From positions 567,599 through 631,598 of the forward strand of contig MU057930.1 of assembly GCA_013265495.1 (NCBI GenBank): a stretch of 64,000 bases of DNA. The letters run 5' to 3'. A program made the translations under genes and the position numbers. Below are positions 12,387-24,989 of this stretch, piece by piece. The notes beneath the pieces are model-generated. The model searched no databases. It was not told where the DNA came from and was given only the letters and a program-made list of their open reading frames with translations. Each line of letters opens with the position of its first letter. The first letter of the stretch is position 1. The stretch comes from Vicugna vicugna (lineage: Eukaryota).

Positions 12387-13412
12387 AGTTTTGGTTCATA
12401 AAATGAACTCTTTGGGGAGGAAATACTGCCTGAATTTCATTGGGATGGTTTTTGTCTTTTGTACGAACACCTGTGTTTTCTGAATCGCAGCTAATGGAAG
12501 GGAGCTGTGTGTACCTCTCCCCTTCCCAAAGGGTGCTGAAGGCATGCCTGCAAAAAAGAAAAAAAAATACAATACACACAAGGGCTGGCATCCCAGAAAC
12601 AACAAAGCCAACCCGCTCAGAGGTTCTTTCCACTTTGGCCTTTCCATTAGTTTGACTGCAGAGGCGCATTTCATGGAAGAATGAGTGACTTCTTCCGCGC
12701 TCAGCAGCGGGGAGCTGAGCATTGGCAAAGCTGTGGTTGCCACACTAGATGGCTCTCTACCCGCCACAAAATGACACACGCACCCATCTCACGGTGGAAA
12801 GACTGAGTTGCACTTTTTTTTTGCTCCTAAGATCTCTCAGCGGATCGACATGGTCGATGGAAGTGGTGAGAGAGAAAGCATCCAGCCTCCAACAGCCAAT
12901 ATTTCATTTTTCACAAATCGGTGCTGGTGGAGGCTATTGTTGGAACGTGATGTCTCCTACCAGGGATTCTATGCAAATTTGATTTTCTTTTTCTCTCAGC
13001 GTCAGGATTTCATTATTCCAGCTCAGGATGAGTGAGCACATGTGTCTTGAACCACAGCTCTGTGAGACCTCCTGGGCCAGCATCTCCAAAGAGCTTGAGC
13101 CCAACAGGGTGGAAAGAAAGTAACGGGGTTCTGTGCAGGGAGCGGGTGCCTCCCTGAGCTGCAGCATTTACAGAGGGATGATTGCTTCTGCTGTGTGATC
13201 ACGAAGGGCAGGATGTTGCTGGAGGAGGCAAAAAATCACTTCTGGGTGTCCACAGACACCCTCGGAAGATATAAAGGAAACAATGGAGGCATACTGATAA
13301 TGAAAGGCAAAGATTTCCAGGTTGAACTCTTCAGGACAACCCAGGTGGATGAGAATTATTCGGATACGTTAAAGTGAATTTGACGTTTCTGAACTCATCA
13401 CGGCAGACACTT

Positions 13413-13820
13413 CCTTTTTATTTTTATGCAGGTGAAATTCACATAACTGAAAATCAATTGATCGAAGACAACAATTCAGTGGCATTTAATACATTCACCA
13501 TGTTGTGCAACCATCACCAAGCCATCAAAGTTTCAGAATTTTTTCATCACCCTGAAAGGAAATCCCACGCTGACTCCAAGGAACTCCCCCCATTCTCCGC
13601 AGGGCTAGGAAACCACTGATTTTTCTGTCTCTTTGGATTTAACTATTCTGGACATTTCATACTGATGGAGTCCTGTAATGTGTGGTCTTTTGTGTCTGGC
13701 TTCTTTCACTTAATATCATGTTTTTGAGGTTCACCCATGTTGTTGCTGGTATCAGAATTTCAGTCCACTTTATCGCTAAATAGTATTGCAGTGTATCTAT
13801 ATATACGCCACAATTTTCAT
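13413..13820 (-). mobile_element. L1MB-type 3' end
   Basis: GGTGAAATTCACATAAC..AATTCAGTGGCATTTAATACATTCACCATGTTGTGCAACCATCACC..GTCTGGCTTCTTTCACTTAAT. Confidence 0.85.
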
Positions 13821-13839
13821 TGCCTTTTCCGGTCTTGGT

Positions 13840-13968
13840 GAGGTGACCCTAGGCCCTGGCTTGCCTGGGGTGATCCCAGTTTACACCTGCGCCCATGAAC
13901 GTATGCAAACATCCTCCCTTTTCAATCTTTCAATCTCAGTTTGACTGTTAAATTACATGCTCATTCCA
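13840..13968. mobile_element. MER94-like hAT-Blackjack MITE
   Basis: GGTGACC..CCTGGCTTGCCTGGGGTGATCCCAGTTTACACCTG..AGTTTGACTGTTAAATTACATG resembles MER94. Confidence 0.65.
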
Positions 13969-15519
13969 CTTCATGCAAAATCACAAAATCAAGTGTGGGT
14001 TTTCTTTTCATTTTCCTGCCAACAGCTCTGATCACCGTGGCCAAGGATTTCTTGAGACCTTCTATGACAGCCATGAAATTCATCTTAATTAACAGGAGTG
14101 TGGATGAACACCAGGGAAAACCAGGGGAAGCCTGGAGGGGGTTTGAGAAGCAGCACCAGCCGAAAACATGGAGAGGGGCCAGGGCAGGATTTGGACATAT
14201 TCCTTTACATACTGTGAACACCTTCACGGCATTGCAAGCTGGCTGGAAGGTGCTGTGAGACTCTTAACAAAACTTCTGATTTGAACACAAAGATGTGCTA
14301 TTTGGGGCTGCATTTGGAGGTATTCGTGGGATTCTGCTCTCCCTGGAGGAGTAAGAGGTTTTTGTTCTCAGGTGCCAGTCTTCCACCGCTGTTGGAAAGA
14401 ATGCGAGGCGGCTACTTCATAGGTCTAGTCCTACCTTTGCAGTTATGAAAAGGTGGGGTCTTGTCTTCAGGGAGAACCACATCGTTTACTTAGACCGATG
14501 TGTGTCATGCTCTGCTTTATGGCGTGTCCCCGCGCTGGTTTTTTTGTGGAGAATGAGAATATTTCATCTCTGCTCTTCTGGTCATGCTTACGCTTCCCGG
14601 GGCTGAAGGATGGGGCTGAAGAACTCCTCCTGCAATGAGGTGGTATCGTGTCACTGTAAAGCTCCCGACAAACTTGACAAAAATGATTTTCTACTGTGCG
14701 TTGTCTTTGCCCGCATTGCTGAATCTCTGTGGCTCTTTACTGCAGACTCCGCTGAATTCTAATTCCTCCGGAATTACAAAACTTCTTCTTGGTGTATTGT
14801 TACATCCATTCCTTCACTGAGCACCTTCAATTCGTTAAAAAAAAAAAAAACATTAAAATCGAATTTTGCTTGAAATTATTTCATGGAAATTTAAGACAGT
14901 GTGTTTGGTAGACAGAACTGGACATACCAGAAAGTCCTTAATTTTATGGAGCAAGGGAAAAACACTTAATTGTGTTTATGAACCTGGCTAGGATTCCACA
15001 CAACAGAAGACCTAAATGTTCCATTTTTAGGTCTGTCTGGAAACGGACGTTTAATGAATTAATGATGGTTCAGTTGAACCCGTCGCCTGCTTAACAGCTC
15101 ACTCAGGAATTTATGGGCATAAAAAGTCTTTTCCGTGTTACGTGGGATCAGAAACAGCCCAGAGACCTACGTATCTCCATCAGCCTCAGTCCTTGGATGC
15201 TGAGGGGCGGTGAAGACCCCATACCGACCCCAAGCATTTGAAGACTTGGGGGAGACGCCAGAGAAAGGGTCTGCTGAGAAAAGTGCGCTTGGCTACGGCT
15301 CATTTTAGGAGAGATACAACGCCATACCCTGAATCTTGCTGAAGTCAAGGGGAGTGAAAGCTAGACTCGCTTTGTTAGCAAATGTTGATGCCGGGTGCTG
15401 ATTATGATGTAGGCCAAGGGTGCCAACCGGACAGAGTGATACTGGGACACGTTACATGGTTCTTGGTACCCAAAATTAAAGCCTGGGGGAATTTTTTCTC
15501 CCTGTCTTCCACCCATTAT

Positions 15520-15718
15520 CAGTGATTCTCAATCCGTAGTGATTCTGTTCCCCCAAGGGACATTTGGCAACGTCTGGGAATATTTTGGGTTTTTCACAAA
15601 TGAATGATTCCGCAGGAATCCAGTGTGCAGAGGCCAGGGACACTGCCAGGCAGCCTACAATCCCCGTTGCAGAGAATGATCGCTGGCCACAAACGTAGAG
15701 TCCTTCTGCAAACCTTAG
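15520..15718. mobile_element. MER20 hAT-Charlie element
   Basis: CAGTGATTCTCAA..CCCCCAAGGGACATTTGGCAACGTCTGG..AGAGGCCAGGGACACTGC. Confidence 0.8.
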
Positions 15719-16532
15719 ACAAAGGCAAATCCGTTTTGATCCAGATAAAGAAGAAAATGACAGTAGATGCAAGTAAAAGTCTCGTGAGAGGTCCTGGAAA
15801 CGTTCAGCCCTTTGGGGTAGCGTTTCTTGGGTCTTATGTTCAAATGACAAACCCACACTTTTGTTTCTAGAGTGCACTGCTGTTGACTTCTGTCCCTACG
15901 CAGCTTGGAAAATAGAGGGCAATGAATTTATGCCAAGGGTATGGGAGGATTTCAGCCCTGTTGTTTTTGAAGTTCGCTGAAGCTGTGTTTGTTCTCCAGC
16001 TGAACAAACAACTTCCAAAGTGCGTCCGACAGTTCGAGTTTGTTTCTGCGTTGGGAACCTCCCGGGGGGGGGGGGGGTGGGGGGATGTCTTACTGCGTCT
16101 CTCAACAGTTTAAAATGTAACAAAGGTTGGGAAAGAAACCCCGTAAAGTCTGTTTTTGTTATGGTGCGGGGAAGAACAATCATGGGAGAGCTTTCAAAAG
16201 GCCAACTCCAAAGCCGAACACGTTTTTGATTTCCTTCGAGAAATCATGAAGGAATGGGGCAGGCTGGATTAGTAGGCAAACCAGACTGGTTCTCAGAACG
16301 ACGGAGGGCGGGCAGGGCTGGGTGTCGTGTGCACCTTGTCATGTGGTGTCCCTCCCCACCACCCACCTGCCCGCTGTCCTGGGGGTTCAGCCCCCTCACC
16401 AGCTCTTACTCTCAGGGCAGAAGCTGACCACAGACCCTGGCCACCCGCTCAGAAGGCTGGGTTCTGTGTTTGCTCTACACCCAGCAACGATTATTATTTT
16501 TCTCCCAAGAAACGTGTATTATGGCTCCTGCA

Positions 16533-17133
16533 GGTGGGAGGCAGGCTCTAAATGGTTCCAATCATGCTCTTCTCTGGAGAGTCAGGTCCCTGGATAATCT
16601 ACTCCCCCTGCGTGTGGATGGGACCTGTATTTTGCTTCTAACCAAGAGAATAGGACAGACGTGATGAGATGTCACTTCAGTGATGAAATGACGTTAAGAC
16701 GGTGGCCTCCGTCTCACAAGCAGATTTTCTGCATGGCTGCCCACCGTCGTTGGCTTTGATGAAACCTGTTGACACTTTGAGAGCTGCCCTACGGGGACGT
16801 CCACAGGGCAGGGAACGACAGCCAGCTAGCCAGCCAGGAAAGTAGGTCCTCAGTCCAACAACCCTTAACGAAGTGAATCCTGCCAACAGCTGCATGCATG
16901 AGCTTGGAGGCGGATCCTTCCGTAGAGGGAAGCCCTTCAGATGAGCCCCCAGCCCTGGGCACACTTGCTTGTGGCTCTGTGAGAGCCTCATCAGAGGACC
17001 CGGTTCAGCTGTGGCCACGTTCCTGACCCACAGAAGCCATGAGATAGTAAACGTGTGGTTTTTTGTTTGTTTGTTTGTTTGTTTTAAGGCTTTTGAGCGT
17101 GTGATGACTTATTACCCAGCAGTGGCTAACATA
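16533..17133 (+). mobile_element. MaLR solo LTR (MLT1E/F-like)
   Basis: TTGCTTCTAACCAAGAGAATAGG..GATGTCACTTC..TGAATCCTGCCAACA..GAGCTTGGAGGCGGATCCTTCC..TTCCTGACCCACAGAAGCCATGAGATAGTAAA. Confidence 0.85.
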
Positions 17134-17204
17134 AGCCCTAAGCCAAGCATTCTGCTGGAACCTGTGATTGGAGCGCTGAAAAAAGGGACTGCCCTTTCCT
17201 TCAA

Positions 17205-17365
17205 TACATGGTTGGTTCCCCCAGCAACCAGCCCCCATCCTTAGGTGCTTCCCAAAGGCCACCTCATTGACATAACAAAAGACTCCACCCTGGTTCCCCT
17301 CACAGGAAATTCCAAGGGTTTCAGCAGCTCTATACCAGGACCCAGGGAAGAGCAAATACATATTT
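17205..17365. mobile_element. MER21-like ERVL LTR fragment
   Basis: CATGGTTGGTTCCCCCAGCAACCAGCCCCCATCCT..CACCTCATT..ACAAAAGAC..AGGAAATTCCAAGGG. Confidence 0.75.
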
Positions 17366-17544
17366 CTTTTTTTAGAAAATTGAAGTACGGTTGATTTACA
17401 ACATTGTGCTCATTTCTGGTGTATCGGTCATGCAAGGAATAGCAAAGGAGGGAAAGTGTGGTCCCAGAGTTGCGCCTGAGCATCTTCCAAAATAGGATGG
17501 TTGTGCTCTAGTGATTTACAAAATGAAAATATCTTTGTTATTCC

Positions 17545-17845
17545 CTGTGTGGCCGATGCACCTTCCATCTTTATATACTTTCATCTGCCAACAACCCTCA
17601 AATTTACATCAGCATCTTTGCCCCAGACTCACATTATCCAACTGGCTCCTCAGCATCTCCACTTGGATGCTTCGTGGATAAGTGATTAACATCCGAGTTC
17701 AGGGGCATTTTGTTCGGCAAGTCCAGTGCTGGACACTTGATCTTCTCTGTAACCCTCTCCATCTCTGCCCAAACCTTTGGAGTCAATATTTATTCTTCTC
17801 TTGTGTGTCCTGCATTCAGTGGTTAAGAAATCTGATTCACTTTCC
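17545..17845 (+). mobile_element. L2 LINE fragment
   Basis: CCTCAAATTTACATC..CCAGACTCACATTATCCAACTGGCTCCTCAGCATCTCCACTTGGATG..CCAAACCTTTGGAGTCA. Confidence 0.7.
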
Positions 17846-17849
17846 TGTC

Positions 17850-18060
17850 TGTATGACTTTCCTAAGGCTTTCATATAAAAGTACCACCGTCTGGGTGGAA
17901 AAACAACAGAAAATGTATCCTTTCACGTTCCTGAAGTCCAGACACCCAAGATCAAAGTGTGAGCTGGACGACACTGCATTCGGAGGCTCTATACGTGGGT
18001 CCTTCCATGCGTCTTCCAACTTCTGGCAGCTCCAGGTGTTCCTTGACTTCTAATACAACA
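17850..18060 (-). mobile_element. MaLR LTR fragment (MLT1C/D-like)
   Basis: AAAGTACCACCGTCTGGGTGG..AACAACAGAAAATGTAT..CCAAGATCAAAGTG..CTTCTGGCAGCTCCAGGTGTTCCTTG. Confidence 0.75.
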
Positions 18061-18071
18061 CTTTAATTCTT

Positions 18072-18232
18072 TGGCCCCTCCTTATCCTTGGAGCACACAT
18101 TTCAAGATGCCTATAACCGTGAATAGTACCAAACCCTCTATATGGATGCATATACACTTACGATAAAGTTTAATTTATAAATTAGGCACAGCAAGAGAAT
18201 GTCTAAATTAACGGCATCACTAGTCTTGTGTT
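18072..18232. mobile_element. MER44/Tigger7-like Tc1-mariner fragment
   Basis: CCCTCCTTATCC..AATAGTACCAAACCCT..GATAAAGTTTAATTTATAAATTAGGCACAGCAAGAGA. Confidence 0.75.
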
Positions 18233-19464
18233 AATTTCACCATGGGCTCAAAATGTGCCACCCATGACACGCTACGTGAATATGTATACACACACAACAA
18301 ACACGGCATCAGGTTTCCCCTGAGCTCCAGATCACAACCAGACAGCTGCAAAGCCATCGTCCCCAACTCCATGACTTCCTCCTCTTTTTTGTGGCTGTGG
18401 TTCTCAGCAGGAGCACGGGTCTTCAGTTTCGTTCTGGTTTTCTCAGCATCGCAGCTGAACATGAGATCAGATGGCCTCGCAGAGGTCAGTGTGTTTGGAG
18501 AGGCTCTCACGGAACTTATTTTGTGTTTTTGGTGCATCCCGGTGTGTTTAACCGCTGGAAATAGCATTTATGGAGGGATGGCTAGACACTCACGGTCAGT
18601 AACCAGGATTGAAACATCGTCATCCAGGTGGTGCCAAGCCCTTGGCCACATTTCGGGGGAAGATCAGGGTCGCTGGCCACACATGGAGCAAATGTCTAAG
18701 TTTCTGTAAACAAAACAGAGCAAAACAATGCATCGAAAAATGTAAAAAGTACAAGAGGGAAAAAAAGGATGAAAATGAAATCATTAGATCTGTTGAAAGA
18801 AGCACCGCAAAGTAATGCGGAATCTGGGAATGTGAAGTAATATCCCCACCCCACCCCCCGTTTTTTTTTAACATCAGGTCCACGGATATCTTCCGGTAAA
18901 GTCTGGTGGAGCTGTTGAGACAAATTCTTTGGCTTCAAGTTGACTTTGTGTTTCATCATTGTTTCCTTTCAATGTGATTTTTTTCTTTAAGGTCTTCATG
19001 AATGCTGAAGAACCACTGGTAAGTTCACATGAGGCGAAACCAATAGAGGGGATCAGAGTTTTGCAGCATAACCAACCACGACATGTGCCTTACTTACAAG
19101 GTTCTGTGGCTCAACTGGATGTCTCTCCGGAAACGAGACAAAGTCCACTCTCGCACGCATTCCATTCTCTTAGCATCTGCCACTTTGGTTCGTTACTGGG
19201 TAGTATCCTTCAAAGATTTATTTTTTATTTTTATTTAATTTTTATTGTCATGAGGAAGGCCACCCCAGGCAATAGATTTTTACAAAAAGAGGGGGAAAAA
19301 AGTCAAAGAAATGCCATTAAAACAAGTTCTATTCTCCAGACAACTGCCTTTTCCATCAATCCACGCTAAAACGTGGTAGCTAGGGCGGGGCAGTGGGGTG
19401 CATGCCTCATGTGAGGGACGGACTTTGCTTTTAACAGAAAACTTCTTATAAATCACGTGTCAAC

Positions 19465-19528
19465 TTTTTGTTGTTGTTGGTGGAGGTACTGGGGATGGAG
19501 CCCAGGGCCTCATGCATGCTAAGCATGC
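19465..19528 (-). mobile_element. Truncated tRNA-Ala-derived SINE (vic-1-like)
   Basis: Reverse complement reads GCATGCTTAGCATGCATGAGGCCCTGGGCTCCATCCCCAGTACCTCCA plus an A-rich tail. Confidence 0.85.
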
Positions 19529-19866
19529 GACTTTTTTTTTTTTTTTTTAGAGCTAAGAGAAGTTGTGAGCATAAGGCAATTACTTGCATGATGACCATTT
19601 GACATGAGGGTACCTGTGACCCCTCTGGCAGGAACGGAAGGAGAAAATGATTCTTTAGACCAAAGCTGGAGGCGGGGGATTTACACCTTCCGCTTTCTTG
19701 TGGAAACTCCACCATGTTCCCCTCTCTGTTCCCTTCCTATTTCTCACTCTTCCAGGTGAGACAGGTCGAATGCAAATGGCTCAGCATGAAAGCACAGAGT
19801 TGAGTCTGATTCTGCCTGGTTACAACACATTCAGGGATCTCCCACTGTCTCCAGCAACCGTGGAAG

Positions 19867-20438
19867 TGTCACCGAGCAAAAGTTTGTGTGCCCAACACAG
19901 AGAGGTCAAGCAAATGGTAATGTCAGAGTTTGGAGCAGAGAAAAATTGATTGCAGGGCTGAGCAAGGAGAATGGGTGGCTTGTGCTTGAAAAACCTGACC
20001 TCCCTGTGGTTTTCAGGGAGAAGTTTTTAATAGGCAAAATGTGGGGTGGGGGCTGCAGGGGTGTGAGCGTCTTCTGATGGGCCGGTGGGGAGGCACCAGG
20101 ACGGGGCTCCAGGAATCCTGGGCTCAGCCTGGAGGCGCCGTCCTCCACCCCGGTGGGGGCCTAGTTCCTGCAGGAGAACTCGGCCGCATTGCTCTGGATG
20201 TGCCTTGAGGGGGAAGCAGGACCCTCCCCAAGGCTGCACTCTTGTTCCTTGACTGTTTGCTCCTTGTTTTCTGCATTCGCCGCCTCCCTTCCCTGATTAG
20301 CTACTGTTTTGGCTCTGTCCTTTGGAACTCAGGGAAGGTCCAGGAGGCTGAAGGAAGTCTATGCCCTGCTAACTAGAAATGGAGGACACAGAAAGGATTT
20401 GTACCAGGGAGGACTCCACAGGGCCCTGCTCCCTTTCA
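19867..20438 (-). mobile_element. ERV1-class solo LTR
   Basis: TG...CA termini; flanks GAAG/GAAT (imperfect 4-bp TSD); GAGTTTGGAGCAGAGAAA and CCTTTGGAACTCAGGGAAGGTC motifs as seen in laurasiatherian ERV1 LTRs. Confidence 0.75.
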
Positions 20439-21689
20439 GAATGCCCTTATGTAACTCGGTTTTCAGGAAAATGTTGCGCACAGAACCACACCCAGAAGCT
20501 TCAGTCCAAACCAAGTGAGCGTGAGAAGTCCTTCACTGCTTCCAAGTTCTCCCGGTGGATTTCACAGAGTCGGTGCAGTTCTGTGTGTCCACGAAGCCAT
20601 CTTTTAGAAAACCAGAAATACATGATGTGCTGTGTCCCAAAAAGTATCAAATGCCTAAAACTCAAGGTCGTGTTGACTGGATGAAAGATTTGCAGAGGGT
20701 GTAACCATCCTGAACAGTGAAGGATGGGGTGGGTGGGGGGAGGGGGAAATACACAAGTTACTTTTAAGCTACTGCCGGGTTTGGTGCTTAGAAACAAGTC
20801 AACGTATCTGATTTGTTCCAGACGTGTCCTCGTATGTACGACAGAGTTCCATCTCCCTTTGCTGAGTCAGAACTGGGGAATCTGTTTGTCTATCTAACCA
20901 TGTTGTCCCAAACAAATGCGAGATCTTGCCTTGCAAAGTAACTTCCAGAAGGCGCATCCATTTTAGAAGGAATGCGAAACAAGCTCGAGTGGAAACTCAA
21001 CGCAGAGGAGTCCTCAGAGCTGCAGGCGTCTGGTTTTGATTTGGGCTGGATGTTTATTTTCCTCGTGTAACTTTCATTTTCAAAGTGGCTGGCGGGTGAA
21101 GGATTTTAATTGATACAACCTTTTTTTCCAAAGTGGCCGCATTCTGGCCGTCATCCCCGAGACCACGTCCCCTGGTTCCATGAAAATACATGGATGACAG
21201 AAAGCCTCCGTCTCCAAGTTTATTCAGACTCTTGCAAAAATCCTTCTTAATGAATCACACATGTTGTAGGGCGGCCAGGTATCAGGATTTCAACGCGTGA
21301 GACTGAGCTTGGCGGAATCCCACGCTCCCCTCGACTCTTACCACAGACCCTGCACAGTGTATTAGGGCTTTGGGATTCCATGCAGTGGTCAAAAGGCCAA
21401 TTAAGGAAAAATAAAGACGAATTTTATTCGGTTTATACTGTACCTCAAGACATTAATTTTTACACTAATGAGACTTGATTTCGTCCTTCTGCCCAGGCAT
21501 AGAGCACACTGAGAGCACACACGTTTGAAAGGAGACACCACTGCTTTTACTGTGGATTCTTCTGCAGATCATGAAAGAGGTTCATTCAGGGAGGCAAAAG
21601 GAGGAAGTAAGTTAAGTTCAGCTGTTAAAAAAAAAAACAACAAACCACAGAAATACAAGGGTATGTCTCTCTTTCCCTGGAAAGCAGGA

Positions 21690-23150
21690 TTCTCTCTAAG
21701 CAAAGATCTGAGTTGTGGGTTGGACAGTGTATTCTTACAGTTCTCCCAAATCTTGCTCCCAAATTTAAATGCTTTGTTACTAGGTACAAAGAACTTTAGT
21801 ATTTTTATAACCTTTTGGTGAAAGAATTTTTATCATGTCATAGTAGCCTTTTTCATCCCTGTTTCTTTCTTTCTTTCCTTTTTAATTCCCTAAAGTCTTT
21901 TTTGCTTGATTTGAACAGGGCTCCAGAAAGTTTCTCTTCATACTTATTCACCTATTTTAGTGCTTTTATATCTTTATCTGAGCCTTTCTTGGTTGTTGGT
22001 TTCAGAGTTTTACAAATAGCAAGATCTCAGATTTCTTTTCAACCCCATCTGTGAGTTCATATCTATTAACAGATATTTTCAGTCCATTTATTACAGTTGA
22101 CAATATTTCTAAATTTCTTTTCGTGTGCTTTTTTTGTATTTTCTATGAACCAGTTCTTTCCTTCCCTTCCATACTTTCTCTTCTCTGATAGCTAAAAAAA
22201 AAAAACCAAAAACCAAAAAACAGAAAACTTCCGTATTTTTAAGAGAAAGTTGTCTTCTCAATCATTATTTTACTGATTAAATCTAACGTGCCTCATAACA
22301 TCAGCAGAAAAATAATAAAGTTAACGTGTTCACTGTCTTCCCAAAGAAGCAATGTGTTTTAACTGTGATAATTCCATTTTTTATTCTGCAAGTTGTATCA
22401 GCCCTAATTCTGGTTCCACCTTGCTTGTATGCCCTCAGAGGCATAATTTTATCATCGATGGCGCTGGTGGTGGCAGAACGAGTGTCACATGGTGAGTGTG
22501 AGATTCGGTTTTCACTCTGGTGCTTTCACGTCTTTTCTCACGATGAGTCTTGCATCCTCTTCCTTTATCTGACTTCAGCATCTTTCTCCCTGTGAGTGTC
22601 CTTTTGAAGTAGCAACAGTGAGGGTCAACGAGAGGGAACCCCTCTGGCTTGGCAGAATTATGCTTATTCCCTTCGCACTCGGGAAAGACTCAAGTCGGCG
22701 CAGAGGTTTCCGCAGGCAGCAGTTTCTCTCTTGTGCTTTCAAGACCCTCTCCCAGGTTGCGGCCGCCCCGAGGCTGCAGAGACGCCTGCTCTGCGTCTCG
22801 CCGGGGGCTCGAGGCCGCCTGGCTGTTTTAAGCTTTCCTCATTGTTTGTGAATGTCCACCATTTTCCTTCTACGTGTTTGGTGGTGTGTTTCCTCTTCCA
22901 TACCATGACGTCTGAATCAGAGAATGAACGTCTTTCGTGGATCTTCTAAAATGAGCAACAACTGTGTCCTCAAATATGGCTCAGCCCTGTCTTCCCAAAA
23001 TACTCCTTCAGGGGTTTTGATTTGACCGTTTGGAAACGTCTCAGCCTTTGCTCTGTGACATTTAAACTCACCTTCGAACTGGCCATGTCTTCACTTCTCT
23101 GAGCTCAGAGTGACGTCCTGGCTCATAAAGTTCTTTCTGGTTTAACCTAG
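21690..23150 (-). mobile_element. Ancient L1 (L1M) internal fragment, heavily diverged
   Basis: T-rich antisense tract; TTTAAATGCTTTGTTACTAGGTACAAAGAACTTTAG resembles the antisense L1M endonuclease region; boundaries uncertain. Confidence 0.55.
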
Positions 23151-24989
23151 TCCTTTGGGTTATTTCAACAAATATATATATATATATATATCAGAAACAT
23201 TTTTCTCAACCAGTCCCAGCTTTCACACTATCTTGAAGGTGATTCAAACAAAATAATTCAAGAGGTGAAGCAGAGAAACGGTGCCATTCTTCCCAACAGG
23301 TTAACAGGTGTCCACCCATCTCCTGGAACTTCAGAATTCATGGAATGTGTGGGTTGTGAGCTCCGAACGTGGGAGGACTCACGGGGTAGGAAATGATACC
23401 TGAATATATTTCAGTGTGCATTCGCTCACAGCACAAACGTGAGTACAACAACATCTGTGCTTTTGAACACTACTTCGTGGACTAGAGGGCATGGGTAAAG
23501 GATAGTGAGTGGAAATCAGATGTCACCGTGACGTGAGCGATGATCAAGTTATGTGCGGGTTATTTTGCAAGGTTCTCATAGGGACTATTTCACCTTGGCT
23601 GGAGAGTGAGAGAAAAGAGAAGGCGGGTTGCTCATTCACAATGAGCATGACTTTGCTCTGGAAAAACAGACATCAATGCACAAATGTTTCAACATAGAGA
23701 CTCCAATGCCCTAAAGATGAACATTTAGTCGTCACGGAATTCCTGTAAAGTTTGTCGACTTTGCAAAGATTCTTTCAGTGACCCTCTTCAATGCCTTGAT
23801 GGCGCAGCCAGCGCATTTGTTCTAGAAATCCAGGCGCTCTGTACACACGTGTAAAGTTTTGTTTTCTTTTGTTTTGCTTGGATCTGCTAGGAATCCTTCT
23901 CCTGGCAGGGTGGAAATGCTCTTTTTTTTTTTTTTTTGGAAAACCAATGTGCAGGTCTTCAAACAGTCTCAGAATCGCCCATCTTCCCCAGAAAACAGTA
24001 TACAAGTTACACTGCAGATGAATTTCTCCCGTGATGGGATGCACTGTAAACATTCTGAGCCAAACAGCTCTCCTTTCAAACAGGATGTTTATAAAGCACT
24101 TAGACAAACTCAGACTGGATGACCACAGAGCTTTAATAGGGCTGGTTAATCATGTTTGGTCATGGAATCACAGCGTTTGAGGGACCTGGGACCAGATAAA
24201 CAAACGCACTTTGAGAATCACGAACCTGGTGGCAACTGGGGAACCTTATCATCGGTTGAAAATTACACAGTGATACATTTCTCGAAAATGCAAGTTACCT
24301 TCAAGTTTTAGCAATGAGACAGATGTAATGCAAGATACTGTTCATTATGATTTTAATATTGTCTTGTGGTTTCCCCCTGCAGTGGACAACCTCTAATCTG
24401 TGAGGGGTTATATTTCCACATGGTCTTTGTTGTTCAGAATCAGCTGTTGCTTGACATCTTTGGGAACACATTTTAACATTTCTATTTTCTCCATGCCCAC
24501 TCCTCCTTGCCATCTGCCTGAAACAGAGGATGGGGTCTGCTCCCACATTGCCCATCCCAACTTGTCATAAATTCTAAACTCCAATATTCAAAAAAAAATG
24601 TATACCAAAACTAAAATAAAAACATTCAAGCTCTCAGCATCTAAGTTGCATAAACACTTTCCCCGGTCTTTCTGGCATCAGGCAACTGCAGACTTGTGCC
24701 CCAAAGTTAGCAACCAAGGAAGAACTGATTTTTCTACCAATCATGTGACCTTAAAAAAAAAAAAAAAGACCCACAGCGTTTCTGGTTCTTAATTTCCTCC
24801 CGTGGATCAGATCATCTCCAAAGTGCCTTCCAATGAGAGAGACACACGACCAAGATTGTATCACTTAAGAGTAGAAAATGAGACAGACCCTAAGTGGACA
24901 CATTTTCTTTGTCTTTTTATTTTTCTCCTGCTTTAAACATTTTGAAATTTTCAATATTTAAGTTATTATAAATTCAGAAGTTGTTGCAA

